From Octopus sinensis (Eukaryota), in contig NC_042997.1 of assembly GCF_006345805.1 (NCBI RefSeq), positions 186,744,001-186,808,000 on the forward strand: a stretch of DNA of 64,000 nt. Reading direction: 5' to 3'. Below the pieces are notes generated by a model, which ran no database searches, had not been told where the DNA came from, and saw only the letters and a program-made list of their open reading frames with translations. The position numbers were made by a program, and so were the translations under genes. Position 1 is the first letter of the stretch. Every line of letters begins with the position of its first letter. Shown piece after piece: positions 38,461 to 51,749 of the stretch.

Positions 38461-39229
38461 AATTTTAGGACATAAAACCCCCCATAACAGGGTTTGTATA
38501 CCCTATTATTAGACTATTTTCTTTGTCAATATACAGTGAAGACTTATAAGTTTATTTACATAATTTCACTTGCCACTGTTTCCTAATTCATATGCAATTT
38601 GAACAGAATCTTTTTTTTTTTGCAGGAGGAAGATATGTTCTTGTTCAACACCAAACAGGTTTTGCTTCAGCCACAGACCTAATGGCACTGACCAAGGTCT
38701 TTTCTGTATTATATTGGCCTTTTGGCTATGGTCCAAGTGTAAAATATCAGTTTAACCCTTTGGTAATTCTACACCAGCCTGAGCAAGCCCTGGTTCAGTG
38801 ATACAAAGTTTATGACTTAAAATGGTTGAAATTAAAATGATGAATTGTCATGAGCACAATGAACATGGCAAATTATTATTGGTTTGCAGATTGCAGCATG
38901 CAATAGCAAATAGTTTATTTGCTGAACAAGAGCCCCAATGTCTGGTTAGATTCATTAATCTGGAGTTTCTTTGGCTGACAAGACACAATGATGTTGAAAT
39001 ACCGAGTAACCCAAAGTTCTCTTAAGCTAATAAAATGAGTGTTATGAATGGACATATCTGAAAGGAGAAGAGGTTCTCCAGTGATGAAACACAATAGTGA
39101 TTATCATACTGAGATTCATATCTACAGGAATGTATCAAAACTAAATATGCAAGTCATTGCTAATTTAAGATGCTCCATTAAAATTTCCTTTTAATTGTTC
39201 TAAACACTCACTTCATTATCATCATTTAA

Positions 39230-39660
39230 TGTTTAAGTTGGATCGTTTGTCAGGAGCTGGTAAGCCTGGAGATTGTGCCCAGCTCTACTGTTTGCTTTGG
39301 CATAGTTTTTACAGTCCAATGACTTTCCTAATGCCAACCACTTTATAGGGTGGGCTGGGCGCATTTCATGTGGCACTGGTACCAGCAAGGTCTGCTTTGA
39401 TATGGTTTTACAGTTCCTTGCCCTTCCTAATGCCAACCCCTTTACAGAGTAGACTGGGTAGTTTTTATGTGGCACCAGCACTGGTAAAGTATGTTTTGAT
39501 ATGGTTTTTTACAGTTCGATGTCCTTCCTAATGCCAACCATTTTACAGAGTGGACTAGATGCTTTGTATGTGGCACTAGCACCAGTGAGGTCTACTTTGG
39601 TATGGTTTTACAGCACGATGCCCTTCCTAACTCCAACCACTTTACAAAGTGCACTGGCAC
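39230..39660 (-). repeat. Four tandem ~100-bp degenerate units derived from the RTE 3'UTR
   Basis: Variants of TTCCTAATGCCAACC recur near 39324, 39424, 39525 and 39624. Confidence 0.7.
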
Positions 39661-40344
39661 CTGACAAAATTATATTACTAAAATTCTTAATTATTTTCAA
39701 AGCTAATTGAAATAAAGGAAGTGCATTTCCCTAGAAATAGGGTAACAAAAGGGCTACATCTGATATGATCCCTATATGGGACTATAGATATCAACACACT
39801 TTCTTATTTTGGCACATGACCAGCAACTTTGAAGTAGGAAAGTCGATTACAATGACCCCAGTGCTCAACTGGCACTTTTTATTAACTGCAAAATATAAAG
39901 GGCAAATTCAGCTTCAGCAGAGTTTGAACTCAGAACATAAAGCCAGATACCACTAAGCATTTTGTCCAGCATGCTATCAATTCTGCCAGCTTGCTATCTT
40001 GCTATCAATGTCGATATTAGATCTGATGTTTAAAACTAGATGAAGAGTAAGCAGTTAGCTGTGGCTTTACAATGGAATGGAATGGCCTGGTTTGGCAGTA
40101 CTTCTTGGATTCACCCAGTCTCCAAAGTGAAAAATGAACAAAGGAGCTTTGATCTGCTAGAAATTGCAACCAGATCTCCCTTAAGTCACATCCTAACAGG
40201 TTGATGAATGAAGGATACTTGTTTTGAATGATGTGGTCCTAGTAACACTGAAAGACATGATGGTCATGGCTGGAATATCAATGATCAGAGCTGATATATG
40301 GTAAGTAAAAAGAAGATAACATCAGTTTATAATCTCTGTTGTTA

Positions 40345-40724
40345 ATATCATTATCGTCTCAACCATCCACATCATCGTCACTACCATCTCCACCACTGTC
40401 ATCGTCGTCACTACCATCTCCACCACTGTCGTCATCGTCATCGTCGTCATTATCATCATCATCATTACATTGTCATTACTAACATGACCACCACCATCAC
40501 CACCACTGATACTGTTGCTATCACCACTTACCACCACCACTACTACTGCCACCATCACAACCACGACCATCATCATCATCATTATCATCATCAACAATAT
40601 CATCATCATCATCATCATCATCACTGTCAAGAACAACAACTTTTTGATTTGCTCCATTTACTTCCTTATCTTTGACCTCCTCCTTCTCTTCATTTTATTG
40701 ACCATCATTGTAATCATTGCTCTT

Positions 40725-40756
<32 letters not shown>

Positions 40757-40912
40757 TAGTATCAAAAACAACGACTCTTCAGTTCAGTTATCCCGATCAT
40801 AATCATCATTCTCCTTCTTCCTCTCTCCCCTCCATCACCTATTCCTCCCCTCGTCCTTGCATTGTCTTCATCATCATCATTGCAATCATCATAATCATCA
40901 CAAACATCATCG

Positions 40913-40956
<44 letters not shown>

Positions 40957-41330
40957 GTCATTCTTTTCCTCCTCCTCCTCATTATCATCATCCTTATCAT
41001 CATCATTGCTATCATCATCATTGTTGTCGTCATCATTGTCGTCATCATCATCATCATATCATCATCATCATCATCATTATCCTCATCATTGTCATCATCA
41101 TCATCGTCATTCTTTTCCTCCTCCTCCTCATTATCATCATCCTTATCATCATCATTGCTATCATCATCATTGTTGTCGTCATCATTGTCGTCATCATCAT
41201 CATCATCATCGCCGTCATCATCATCATCATCATCATCATCATCGTCATCATCATCATCATCATCGTCATCATCATCGCTATCGTTATCGCTATCACCTTT
41301 GTCATTGTGACCATGCTATTGCCATTGTTC
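40345..41330. repeat. (CAT)n-rich compound microsatellite with an internal 149-bp period duplication
   Basis: CGTCATTCTTTTCCTCCTCC at 40956 and 41105. Confidence 0.9.
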
Positions 41331-41712
41331 CCTTGTTGATATGCATGATAGATAAATAGGTAGCAGTTTTGAAAGGAATGGTGTTTGTTACTGCTAGTCA
41401 TTGCTGTTGTTGTTGGTGTCGTTGTGGTCATTCATCAGTGACAACAGAGATAGCATCGATCACCATATTAGAAAGATAATGGAGAGAGAGTGTGAGGGAG
41501 AAAGAGAGAGAGAGAGAGAGAAAGGGAAGACAGAGGGGGGAGAGAAAGAAATTTCAGTGACTCAGCATAATATAAATATCTCAGATGTTGACATTCTGTA
41601 GACAATCGTTAGCATGTAACACACACATACATGCCTAATCACACACATACACACATGTATGCACACACACATGTATGCACACACACATGTATGCACACAC
41701 ACACACACGTAT

Positions 41713-41752
<40 letters not shown>

Positions 41753-42676
41753 ACACGTAAACACATCATATGTGTGGACACTCACACAATCTGGACAAAG
41801 ACACGCGCTTATACCCAAACACATACAGACAGACAATACATTTAGATAGACTTAGGCATACATATAAATCGACATACAGATAGAGTCACACAAACATGCA
41901 TAAGAAGAAATGTACAAAGACAGGTACACACACACACACACACACACACACATAAACATACAGACAGTTCATTTGTTTGTCTTACGTCCGTTTTCCATGT
42001 TAGCATGTGTCAGATGAATACTTGTTATTGAGGCATTGTTTTACAGCCTAACACTCACACTAACCCTTGCCTTCTTTTTCAAGTAAAGGATTTCTTATTT
42101 CACATGGCTTTGAAAATGCAAAGAGAATGTGTTGTGAGTTTACTGGTGTGAGGATGAGGTGAACCAGAAGGAAAGGGTCAGTGACATCAATGGCTGAGGG
42201 GCCCTATTTAAGAGGAAGATTGAGTGAGGAAGTGGGTGGAAGTTAGACTAGCATGGGCCACTTTGGCCTCAAGCAGCAGGAATGGACAGACACATGCTAC
42301 GCTGGATACATTAGGTGTTCGTCTGGTATGTTGATTTTTGTTCATTTTTTATATCTCTTGAATTATGCTTGCACTGAAGATTAAAAAGTGCATTTGTGCA
42401 CTAATTATGAAATCATAGGATATGCAACTGAATTCTGTTTTTAAAATGCTCACTTTGAGAGTTGCATTCCCTCGTATTCAGTACAATGTGTTTATTTATT
42501 TTGGTAGTTTTGACTTTAGGAGCCCCTCCTAATGTGTGGCATTTATGTATAGTAATGCCCTCAATATAAATAAATATATAGATAGATAGGTAGATTCAAA
42601 TGAATATGGTACTTAAGTTGAGGCACCAGAATTTAGTACGGTATTATCCATACAATTTCAAAATAAAGTGATTAAA

Positions 42677-43120
42677 ATCAAAATAAGCAACAAGGATATC
42701 CAGAGGTAATGCAGTACGATCGTTTCATGCAACTCCATTTAATTGAACAATGCAATCATTACATCAATTTAAAATGTAGAGCAATCTTCAGCTGCACAAA
42801 GACTAGAATTTAATTAAATTAGAACAGATTGACATATTAGTATAATTATACCTAAAATCTCCAAGAAGTTAAGGAGATAGACAAAGAACATGTCTCTACT
42901 TCAGCATAGAAGTTACCCTATCTCCTTAACTTCTTGGAGACTTTAGGCATAATTATACTAATGTGTCCATCTGTTCTAATTTAATTAAATTCTATGTCTT
43001 TGTGCTGCTGAAGATTGCTCTGCATTTTAAATTGATGTAATGGTTGCAGTGTTCAATTAAATGGAGTTGCATGAAACGATTGTACTGCATTACCTCTGGA
43101 TATCCTTGTTGCCTATTTTG
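42677..43120. mobile_element. Fold-back element: ~200-bp inverted arms, ~40-bp spacer, each arm with a hammerhead motif
   Basis: 42677-42878 is the reverse complement of 42918-43120 with about 12 differences counted by eye. Confidence 0.85.
42709..42797 (-). ncRNA. Hammerhead motif HHR-4 (best-preserved copy)
   Basis: GTGCAG-CTGAAGA-...-GAAAC-GATC-GTA-CTGCAT: helix I 6 bp, palindromic GATC loop, GUA triplet. First helix-II pair is U-U. The plus-strand mirror at 43002-43090 has substitutions. Confidence 0.65.
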
Positions 43121-43479
43121 AATATATATTATATATGACAGAATTCTTGTTGAGTTTCCATCTGCAAAATCCACTCAGATGGCTTTGATTGGTCTAAGAG
43201 TACAGTAGTGAAACAGAACCCCAAACCACATGGTTTTGAAGTAAACTTCTTAACCACAAGACCATGCTTGAAGCACACACATAAGTAAACACACGCATAC
43301 AGATACACATGTCCAGTTATGACATCATTGTTGTCATGTCCATTTATCCATGTGTGCATAGGTCAAACAGGTAATTGCAGTTCACATTGGTTCTTATTTG
43401 GAGTTACTGCCTTCCTAGATGAGTAGTCTAAGCTACATACATTGCTCATACATTCCATATTTGATTATGGTGTCCATAC

Positions 43480-43583
43480 CTGAACGTGCTTGTACATCAT
43501 ATTACAAACCACTTTAAAGAGTGTGTACTGTATGCAGTATATGGAGCCATCAGCAGAGGAGAGGTTATCCCATGTGAGCAGAG
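43480..43583 (-). CDS. Candidate 104-nt coding exon
   Basis: ccctttag| ... CAG|gtatgg; frame LLTWDNLSSADGSIYCIQYTLFKVVCNMMYKHVQ. Confidence 0.35.
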
Positions 43584-43722
43584 CTAAAGGGTAACATCAG
43601 TTATCATTTAGAGCTTACTATTCCCTTAGACTGGGATCCTGCGATGTATAGTTTGGGTGGGTGTATGAATATGTGTGTGTGTGTTATGTATGTATGTATA
43701 AATATATATATATATATATATA

Positions 43723-44726
43723 TACATTTTATAAAGGGCTTAGTAAAATAAATTACTTTGCCACATACTGAACTCATTAGAAATAGCAGCCAAAAAAAAT
43801 TTTTTTAGCCATTTCTAATACTTAAAGAAAATTTCTCTCAGATAGTGTTTACTCAAAATAACCCACGAAGGTATGGGGGTAAAAACATTAAAAAATCACA
43901 AGTGCAAAGATTATTTGAGAACGTACGTTTCTAGATCAGCCAAATACAATTCGACATTTCTTTCGTCAGCTCAAAATTTCTTAATTCGGACTTGTAAACA
44001 CTGAAAGTAGGAGCATACCCTTTTGGCGACTTTTCACCTCCGAAGATCCGTTCAAACTAACAGTGCCAACAAATTCAAATGCCTTAAATGGTCCCTTTAC
44101 ATACTGAATACTTGGTGAAATTGATTAATAATTAATTAATTTTACCCTCAATTGTTGAAATTATAATTCATTTCTCTCTGTTTAATGCTTCGGTTTTCAC
44201 CGATAAAACATGGTGTTTGCTAGTTTAGCCCACGTGGGTGGAAGGGGGAGGGCAGAAATTCTTCGCTTGCATATTTTGAATTTGTTGGCACTGTTAGTTT
44301 GAACGGATCTTCGGAGGTGAAAAGTCGCCAAAAGGGTATGCTCCTACTTTCAGTGTTTACAAGTCCGAATTAAGAAATTTTGAGCTGACGAAAGAAATGT
44401 CGAATTGTATTTGGCTGATCTAGAAACGTACGTTCTCAAATAATCTTTGCACTTGTGATTTTTTAATGTTTTTACCCCCATACCTTCGTGGGTTATTTTG
44501 AGTAAACACTATCTGAGAGAAATTTTCTTTAAGTATTAGAAATGGCTAAAAAAATTTTTTTTGGCTGCTATTTCTAATGAGTTCAGTATGTGGCAAAGTA
44601 ATTTATTTTACTAAGCCCTTTATAAAATGTAATATTTTGAATTCGCCTTAAATGGTCCCTTTACATACTGAATACTTGGTGAAATTGATTAATAATTAAT
44701 TAATTTTACCCTCAATTGTTGAAATA
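43723..44726. mobile_element. Fold-back element in (TA)n: 357-bp inverted arms plus a ~80-bp direct repeat
   Basis: 43723-44079 is the reverse complement of 44275-44631 with no mismatch seen by eye; 44081-44161 is repeated at 44645-44726. Confidence 0.92.
44379..44440 (+). ncRNA. Hammerhead motif HHR-3 (mirror at 43914-43975, minus)
   Basis: TTTGAG-CTGACGA-...-GAAAC-GTAC-GTT-CTCAAA: perfect 6-bp helix I, palindromic GTAC loop, GUU triplet. Helix II opens with an A-A mismatch. Confidence 0.65.
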
Positions 44727-44875
44727 TATATATATATATATATGATTTGAAAACCCCACTAGAATGGGAGAAAGCGCTAATAATCTGAATGATATGATAT
44801 ATATATGTAAAAAATGTAATATATAAATAAATATCTATAAATATGAACCATCCGATCTTCTGATTACCTCATTTC

Positions 44876-44913
<38 letters not shown>

Positions 44914-45129
44914 AAACTGACAGTTGCTATGGTCACTGATACAGTAATACTGGCAGCAGTCCAGTATAAATTCAAAAGGTGACTAATGACAGTTACATAA
45001 CTCTGAAGATATGACAATGTAATCCTTACATAACTGATACTTTGTCTTTGTCAATGGAAAGTGTAAGATGACACTAAATAATTTATGAACAAATTCTTTC
45101 ACCTATCTATCTATTTATCTATCTCTTGA

Positions 45130-45153
45130 CAGATACATACATACATACACACA

Positions 45154-45188
<35 letters not shown>

Positions 45189-45332
45189 TTATATATGGAT
45201 ATTTTTCAGCTTCTGTCAACTGAATCCAGGGGCTACAGTACAAGACACTTGCTCAGGGTGCTGTGCAGAGGGACTATACCACAAGACCACATGGTAGGGA
45301 AGCAAGCTTCTCAAACACACAGCAATACCATG

Positions 45333-45410
<78 letters not shown>

Positions 45411-45492
45411 GAGGGAGAGAAAGAGAGAGAGAGAGACAGACAGACAGAGAGTCAATTAGATTGATATACCAATCAGTTAGTAGATAGAAAGA

Positions 45493-45524
<32 letters not shown>

Positions 45525-45533
45525 TGGATAAAC

Positions 45534-45588
<55 letters not shown>

Positions 45589-45800
45589 CAGAAAGATAGA
45601 CATATAGATAAATAGATATATAGATAGACAGAAAGATAGACATATAGATAATAGATAGATAGATAGATAGATAGACAGAAAGATAGACATATAGATAAAT
45701 AGATAGATAGACAGACAGACAGACAGATAGACAAATATATTATATATATATATATGTATACACACGCACAAACACACACTTATATATATATATACATACA
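45130..45800. repeat. (CATA)n, (TA)n, (GA)n and (GATA)n microsatellites around a SINE B head remnant
   Basis: Direct observation. Confidence 0.9.
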
Positions 45801-46329
45801 TACATGCACATATGACACAAATACACACACAGAGTAAAACAGGATACATTTAAATACGACACATGAACAATATTAAAAAGGGAAACGAAAACGAAATAAA
45901 ATAAAAATACAATTCCAAACAAGGATATGTCTTTGGAATATTGCTGTGCAATATGTTGTCAGTCATCAGTCATTCCAGGAAACAAAGAACAGTAGCACTA
46001 CAGTAATAAACAACGGTGGTGGAATTTGATGATAAACACTGCCGCAATGACTTGCTCACGTGGGTGAGTGATACCGTTCTTGTGGTTGATGCTGCTGCTG
46101 CTACAGCTACTGCTGCTGATGCTACTATTGTCATTGCTGCTGCTGCTGCTACTGCTATTATTGATGATGATGGTGGTGGTGGTGGTGGTGGTGGTGGTGG
46201 TGGTGGTGGTGGTGTTTATAGCAGTCGCAGAACGGCAGCAAGCAGCAAATTCTCGAAGTGACAGTTGCTGCTGTAATAATTTGTGAAAGCAGCAGCAAAA
46301 GCAACATCACAAGAACGCAGAAAATTAAA

Positions 46330-46386
46330 ATGATAACAACAATAATAATAATAATAATAATAATAGTATAAATAATAATAATAATA

Positions 46387-46421
<35 letters not shown>

Positions 46422-46435
46422 TAATAATAATAATG

Positions 46436-46518
<83 letters not shown>

Positions 46519-46538
46519 TAATAATAATAATAATAATG

Positions 46539-46610
<72 letters not shown>

Positions 46611-46676
46611 TTAATAATGATAATAATAATAATAATAATAATGATAATAATAATGATAATAATAATAATAATAATA

Positions 46677-46712
<36 letters not shown>

Positions 46713-46850
46713 TTAATAAAATTAATAATGATGATGATGATGATGATGATGATGATGGTGGTGATGATGATGATGATGATGACGATGATGGTGGTGGTGG
46801 TGGTGGTGGTGGTGGTGGTGGTGGTGATGATGATGCTGATGCTGATGATG

Positions 46851-46882
<32 letters not shown>

Positions 46883-47215
46883 GAAGGTGGTGGTGATGGG
46901 GATGATGATGATAATGATGATTTTGTTTTTGCGCAATCCCTTTTTAATGGGATTGCTTTTTTGAAAGCATATATGTGTATATCAGAGCAAATGATAGGAT
47001 TTGTGTGGTGTGTGTGTGAGTGTGTGTGTATGTGTATGTGTGTATGTGTGTGTTTGTGTGTGTCTGTGTATGCATGTGTATACACCTGTACATCTATCTG
47101 TGTATGTGTGTTTGTATTCATGCGTACATGCTTGTACATCTGTATGCATGTGTGTATATATGCATGTGTCTGTATGTGTGTGTGCATGTGTGCATACATG
47201 CGTCTGTATGTGTGT
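46330..47215. repeat. (AAT)n to (GAT)n to (GGT)n, then GT-rich compound microsatellite
   Basis: Direct observation. Confidence 0.95.
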
Positions 47216-47541
47216 CTGGGTAGTGTGTTGATGGTAACGGAGGGTGTTAAAGATATGCTGATATAACATCAGTGCATGCACACCACCAAGTATGTTACTT
47301 CACCCACCATTGGAACCCCACTATCGAGCAGAGACTTGGGCCTTTGCTGTACCAATGCTAAACCATGGCATGCTGGAACAGATTGGCAGTCAATTAAATT
47401 GACCCCGGTAACTTGACCCTTCAAAGATGAAAGACAACACTGACCTCAGTGGGATTTGAACTCGGATCATAAAGAGCAGTAACTAAACACTGCAAGTCAT
47501 TTTGTTCAATGATCGAATGGTTTTGATAATCCATGTCCCTT

Positions 47542-47609
<68 letters not shown>

Positions 47610-47799
47610 AATGATGATGATGGTGATGATGATGATGATAATGATGGTGATCTTTTTTATTTGCCACAGGGGTTTTAGATGAAGGGGACTTTACAAGAAT
47701 AGGTCACAATTTGTGTGGAGCTTTACATAAAAGATGAAGGGAAGAAAGAGTGAGGTGGGGGTAAATGAGATAAAAAGTATGCTGACGATACAAAATATG

Positions 47800-47910
47800 T
47801 GAACACATGTGAGGGAACCTGTGGAAGAGGTAGACCCAGGAAGACCTAGGATGAGGTGGTGAAGCATGACCTTTGAACATTGGGCCTCACCGAGGCAATA
47901 ACTAGAGGTA
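47800..47910 (+). mobile_element. RTE ORF2 C-terminal fragment
   Basis: EGTCGRGRPRKT*DEVVKHDL*TLGLTEA. Confidence 0.8.
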
Positions 47911-47989
47911 ATGCAGTCCTTCTAAAACAGAAGCTCCAGTTTGAGCCAATTAATGAATTTCATAGATCCAGGCTCACCCTGACCACCAA

Positions 47990-49230
47990 AGGCACAAGTT
48001 GTCGCCAAACTGTTGATCTCCACTCTACAGGTGCATTCATGCTAGCCCTTTTTGCCATAGAGACTTCCTTTTGAGAAATTCCCCCGGGAGAAAGAGCACT
48101 TACCCCTTCACTTAGCTCTCCCGCTCAAGTGGAACTTAAAAGAGTTGATATGGGCTTGACCAAAGAGGAAGGTGTCAATCTTCAATCCTTTCTGTCTTGA
48201 CCACCACACAACCTATTTTGCCATAGCCACTCAACAGTGGAATGTTACCTACCCTGTGGTGTTAAAAGTGGGTGGTGGATCAATGCTCATAATGGATTAA
48301 GCTGATAACCAGATTAATTCTAGACAAGATAATAGCTGTTTTATGTAACACCACATGATGGTAATGTTCGGACACTGCATGAGTATGTGCAGAATGGTTA
48401 AGTTACTGTGCATGCATCTTGGACAGTTTCACTTGGCAGCACTTCCATGCCTGTAGCATTTATCTTGAACCAATAGTGCCCCTTGGTAGCACTGAACATC
48501 AAGGACTTCTGGAAGTTATTTATGGTATTCCTAGACCCAGAAGCCTTCTGAAACAGACTAGCTAGCTCATCCTTGACAATACCCAGAGTTTCCCCAAGAA
48601 TATCACCATTCTTGCCTACCCGCTATATCTCTATATACAGCTAATGTAGAACTTCTGTCAAGCAAATTAACTGACTGGTAGAGTGCAGTGAAGTGAATCT
48701 GGTGATATTCCAGGTGCCAGGCACCCAATCTTGGTCTTTTCATGACCAGGGACTGCAGCTCCAACAGATACATGAACCACAGAAAAACATGTCTTATAGA
48801 TAGAGACCAAGCCAGCTCCACTATCCAGGAAAATCTACAGGTGGCACAGCCTCAGTGTGTGTCTGCACATCAGTAACAACAGTATGCAAAGCCCACCCCC
48901 TGGAGAGTGTTGGCAACAGATGGACTACAGGAAGCAGAAAATCAGACACTCCAATCAGACCAAAAGGAGACTGGGGCAAAGCACAGCAGTCAGGTAATAA
49001 GTCATGAAAGTAATGATGTAGGCATTTACCACTTCTGCACAACCTTTCAGGAATACATTCCACTCAGCCCATTTCTGAGTGTGGCTGTCCACCCTGCTCA
49101 TAAACTTAATCCCAGTTTCTGTCTCCCTGGAAATCTAGACCAAACTGGACCCCAAGCAATTTGATCAGTCTGTCCATTCAATAACCCACCATACAGTTTG
49201 ACAGCATAAACTTGCCTCTCCATGTGTCAA
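47990..49230 (-). pseudogene. L1/Tx1-clade LINE ORF2 C-terminal relic
   Basis: Decayed peptides ...EVVNAYIITFMTYYLTAVLCP..., ICCQHSPGG, TILHILMQCP, IDPPP...VAMAK*VVWWSRQKGL...FKFHL resemble Tx1-like C-termini. Confidence 0.7.
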
Positions 49231-49254
49231 GCTGCAAGCCCTCTGACACGTTCT

Positions 49255-49484
49255 TTCTTTTTTTTATTCTTTTATTTGTTTCAGTCATTTGACTGTGGCC
49301 ATGCTGGAGCACCACCTTTAGTCGAGCAAATCGACCCCAGGACTTATTCTTTGTAAGCCTAGTACTTATTCTATCGGGCTCTCTTGCTGAACCGCTAACT
49401 GACGGGGACGTAAACATCAGGGACCAGCTTTAGTTGTCAAGCAATGTTGAGGGGACAAACACAGACACACAAAAACATATACAT

Positions 49485-49515
<31 letters not shown>

Positions 49516-49678
49516 CGATGGGCTTCTTTCAGTTTCCGTCTACCAAATCCACACACAAGGCTTTGGTTGGCCCAAGGCTATAGTAGAAGACACTTGCCCA
49601 AGGTGCCATGCAGTGGGACTGAACCCAGAACTATGTGGTTGGTAAGCAAGCTACTTACCACACAGCCACTCCCGCGCC
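49255..49678 (-). mobile_element. SINE family B
   Basis: Canonical layout. Confidence 0.85.
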
Positions 49679-50665
49679 TTACATCCAGATTTTTACATTT
49701 GTTTGTACATTGGGAAAAATGCTTCTCAGCATTTCTTCTGACCATAACATTCTGAGTTAAAATCCTGCTCATTTTGACTTTGCCTTTCGTCATTTCCAGG
49801 TCAATGAAATTAATACCAATTGAGCACTGGTGTTGAATGTAATCAACAAGCTCTCCCACCACACACACACACACACACATTTTCGGGTCTTGCACTTATT
49901 GTAGAAAGGATTATTGTTATTAGAATGGTAAACTAGCAGAATCATTAGCACATTGGGGGAAAATGCTTAATGGCATTTCCTGTGGTATTTCCTGTGGCAT
50001 TTCTGAGTTCAATTACCAGTGAGGTCAATTTTATTTTTTGTGCTTTTAGAGCCATGAAAATAAAGTACCACTTAAACAGTGGACTCAATGTAATCAACTT
50101 ACTCTCTCTCTTCCCCTAAAATTTCAGGCCTTGCGCCAACATCTGAAATAATCATTATTGTTATTATAATAAAAAGTAGCAAGATTCTGCCAGTTTTCTG
50201 CCTTTTCTGTTGTTTCTAACTTAGGCACAAGGCCAGCAATTTTAAGGGGTGAGATTAGCCAATCCTATCAACCCCAATATTTGACGGGTACTTTATTTTA
50301 CTTGTGGAGGCACATGGCCAAGTGATTAGAGCAGCAGACTTGCAGTCGAGATATCACAGGTTCGAATCTCAGACTGGGTGATGTGTGTGTTTATGAGCGA
50401 AACACCTAAGCTCTACGTGGCTCCGGTAGAAGGTAATGGCAAACTTCTGCTGACTCTTTCACCACAACTTTCTCTCACTCTTTCTTCCTTTTCGTTGCAT
50501 CTTGCAACCTTTTCAATAGTATTGTGAAAAGGTTGCAAGATGCAACAAAAATTTTAGGAAAATATAAATAAAAAATGAGTGGAAATTTTACCGGTGAGTG
50601 TGTTACATTATAAGGCACAAAAAGAAAATGACTCTCCCCAGACACAACAGACCATCATCATCATT

Positions 50666-50711
<46 letters not shown>

Positions 50712-50715
<4 letters not shown>

Positions 50716-51630
50716 GAATTAACGGCTGCTTTCCATGCTGGCATGGGTTGGACGGTTTGACTGAAAACTGGTAAGCTGGGGTCTGCACTAGGTTTCGATT
50801 TGATTTGGCAAGGTTTCTACAGCTTGATGCCCTTCCTAACATGAATCACTCTAGGAGTGTTGTGGGGTTTTTTTTATGTGCCACCAGTATGGGTGCCTAT
50901 AACCTGACAGCAGTATCGGCCACGACTATGTCTCACTTGGCTTGAAGGTCTACACAAGCACAGTGTATCGCCAAAGGTCTTGGTCACCTGTCACTGCTTC
51001 CATGAGGCCCAATGCTTAAATGGTGCTTTTTACATGCCACTAGCACAGGTGCCAGTCAGATGTTGCTAGCATTGGCCATGACTACAATTTCACTCAATTC
51101 GACAGGTCTTCACAAGTATAGCATATCACCCAACAAGTGAAGGCTGCTTTCAATGGGTCAGTTACACGACACTAGCATCTGTCATAATAACGATCGCACT
51201 TGGTTTGACGTCACTGCCTCCATAAGATCCAGCATTTGATCAGTACTTTTTACGTGCTAGTGGCATGGATGCCAGTCAAATAACACTGGCATTGGCCACA
51301 AATACGATTACACTCGGTTCGACCAGGCTTCACAAGCACAGCATATTGCCCAATGATTGAAGTGTGCTTTAATGGGCCAGCTATGTGATACTGGCATCAA
51401 CCACGACTGTGACCTCACTTGGTCTGACAGGTCTTCTCAAGCACAGCATATCTCCAAAGGTCCCAGTCACTTGTCATTGCTTCTGTGAGGCCCAATATTC
51501 GAAGATTGTGCTTCACCACCTCGTCCCATGTCTTCCTGGGTCTAACTCTTCCACAGGTTCCCTCCACTTATAGAGTGCAACACTTCTTCACACAGCTCTT
51601 CTCATCCATACACATCACATGACCATACCA
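50712..51630 (-). mobile_element. RTE 3' region with tandemly reiterated ORF-end/3'UTR units
   Basis: (CAT)n tail at 50654-50712; variants of ACAAGCACAGCATAT recur near 50954, 51112, 51332 and 51437. Confidence 0.75.
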
Positions 51631-51749
51631 GCAGTATTTTCAGTTGACACCAGAGGGGGATGGGATAAACTACCTGCATCAACTTACTATAAAAGCAGGT
51701 AGTAATTTTACCTTGTCCTTATTCTTAGTGCAAGTTAAGCCGGTGTCAA

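Noticed and set aside
38626-39170. Additional plus-strand exon candidates (e.g. GGRYVLVQHQTGFASATDLMALTK, HAIANSLFAEQEPQCL), and similar ones at 18.8, 20.2, 36.7 and 46.0 kb
   Set aside because: Several alternative frames, strands and splice sites fit equally well, and none is recognisable, so they cannot be supported without transcript data.
44995-45070. CTGAAGA...TGACAA/TTGTCA...GAAAGTGTA
   Set aside because: Helix III and helix I cannot be formed convincingly; likely chance.
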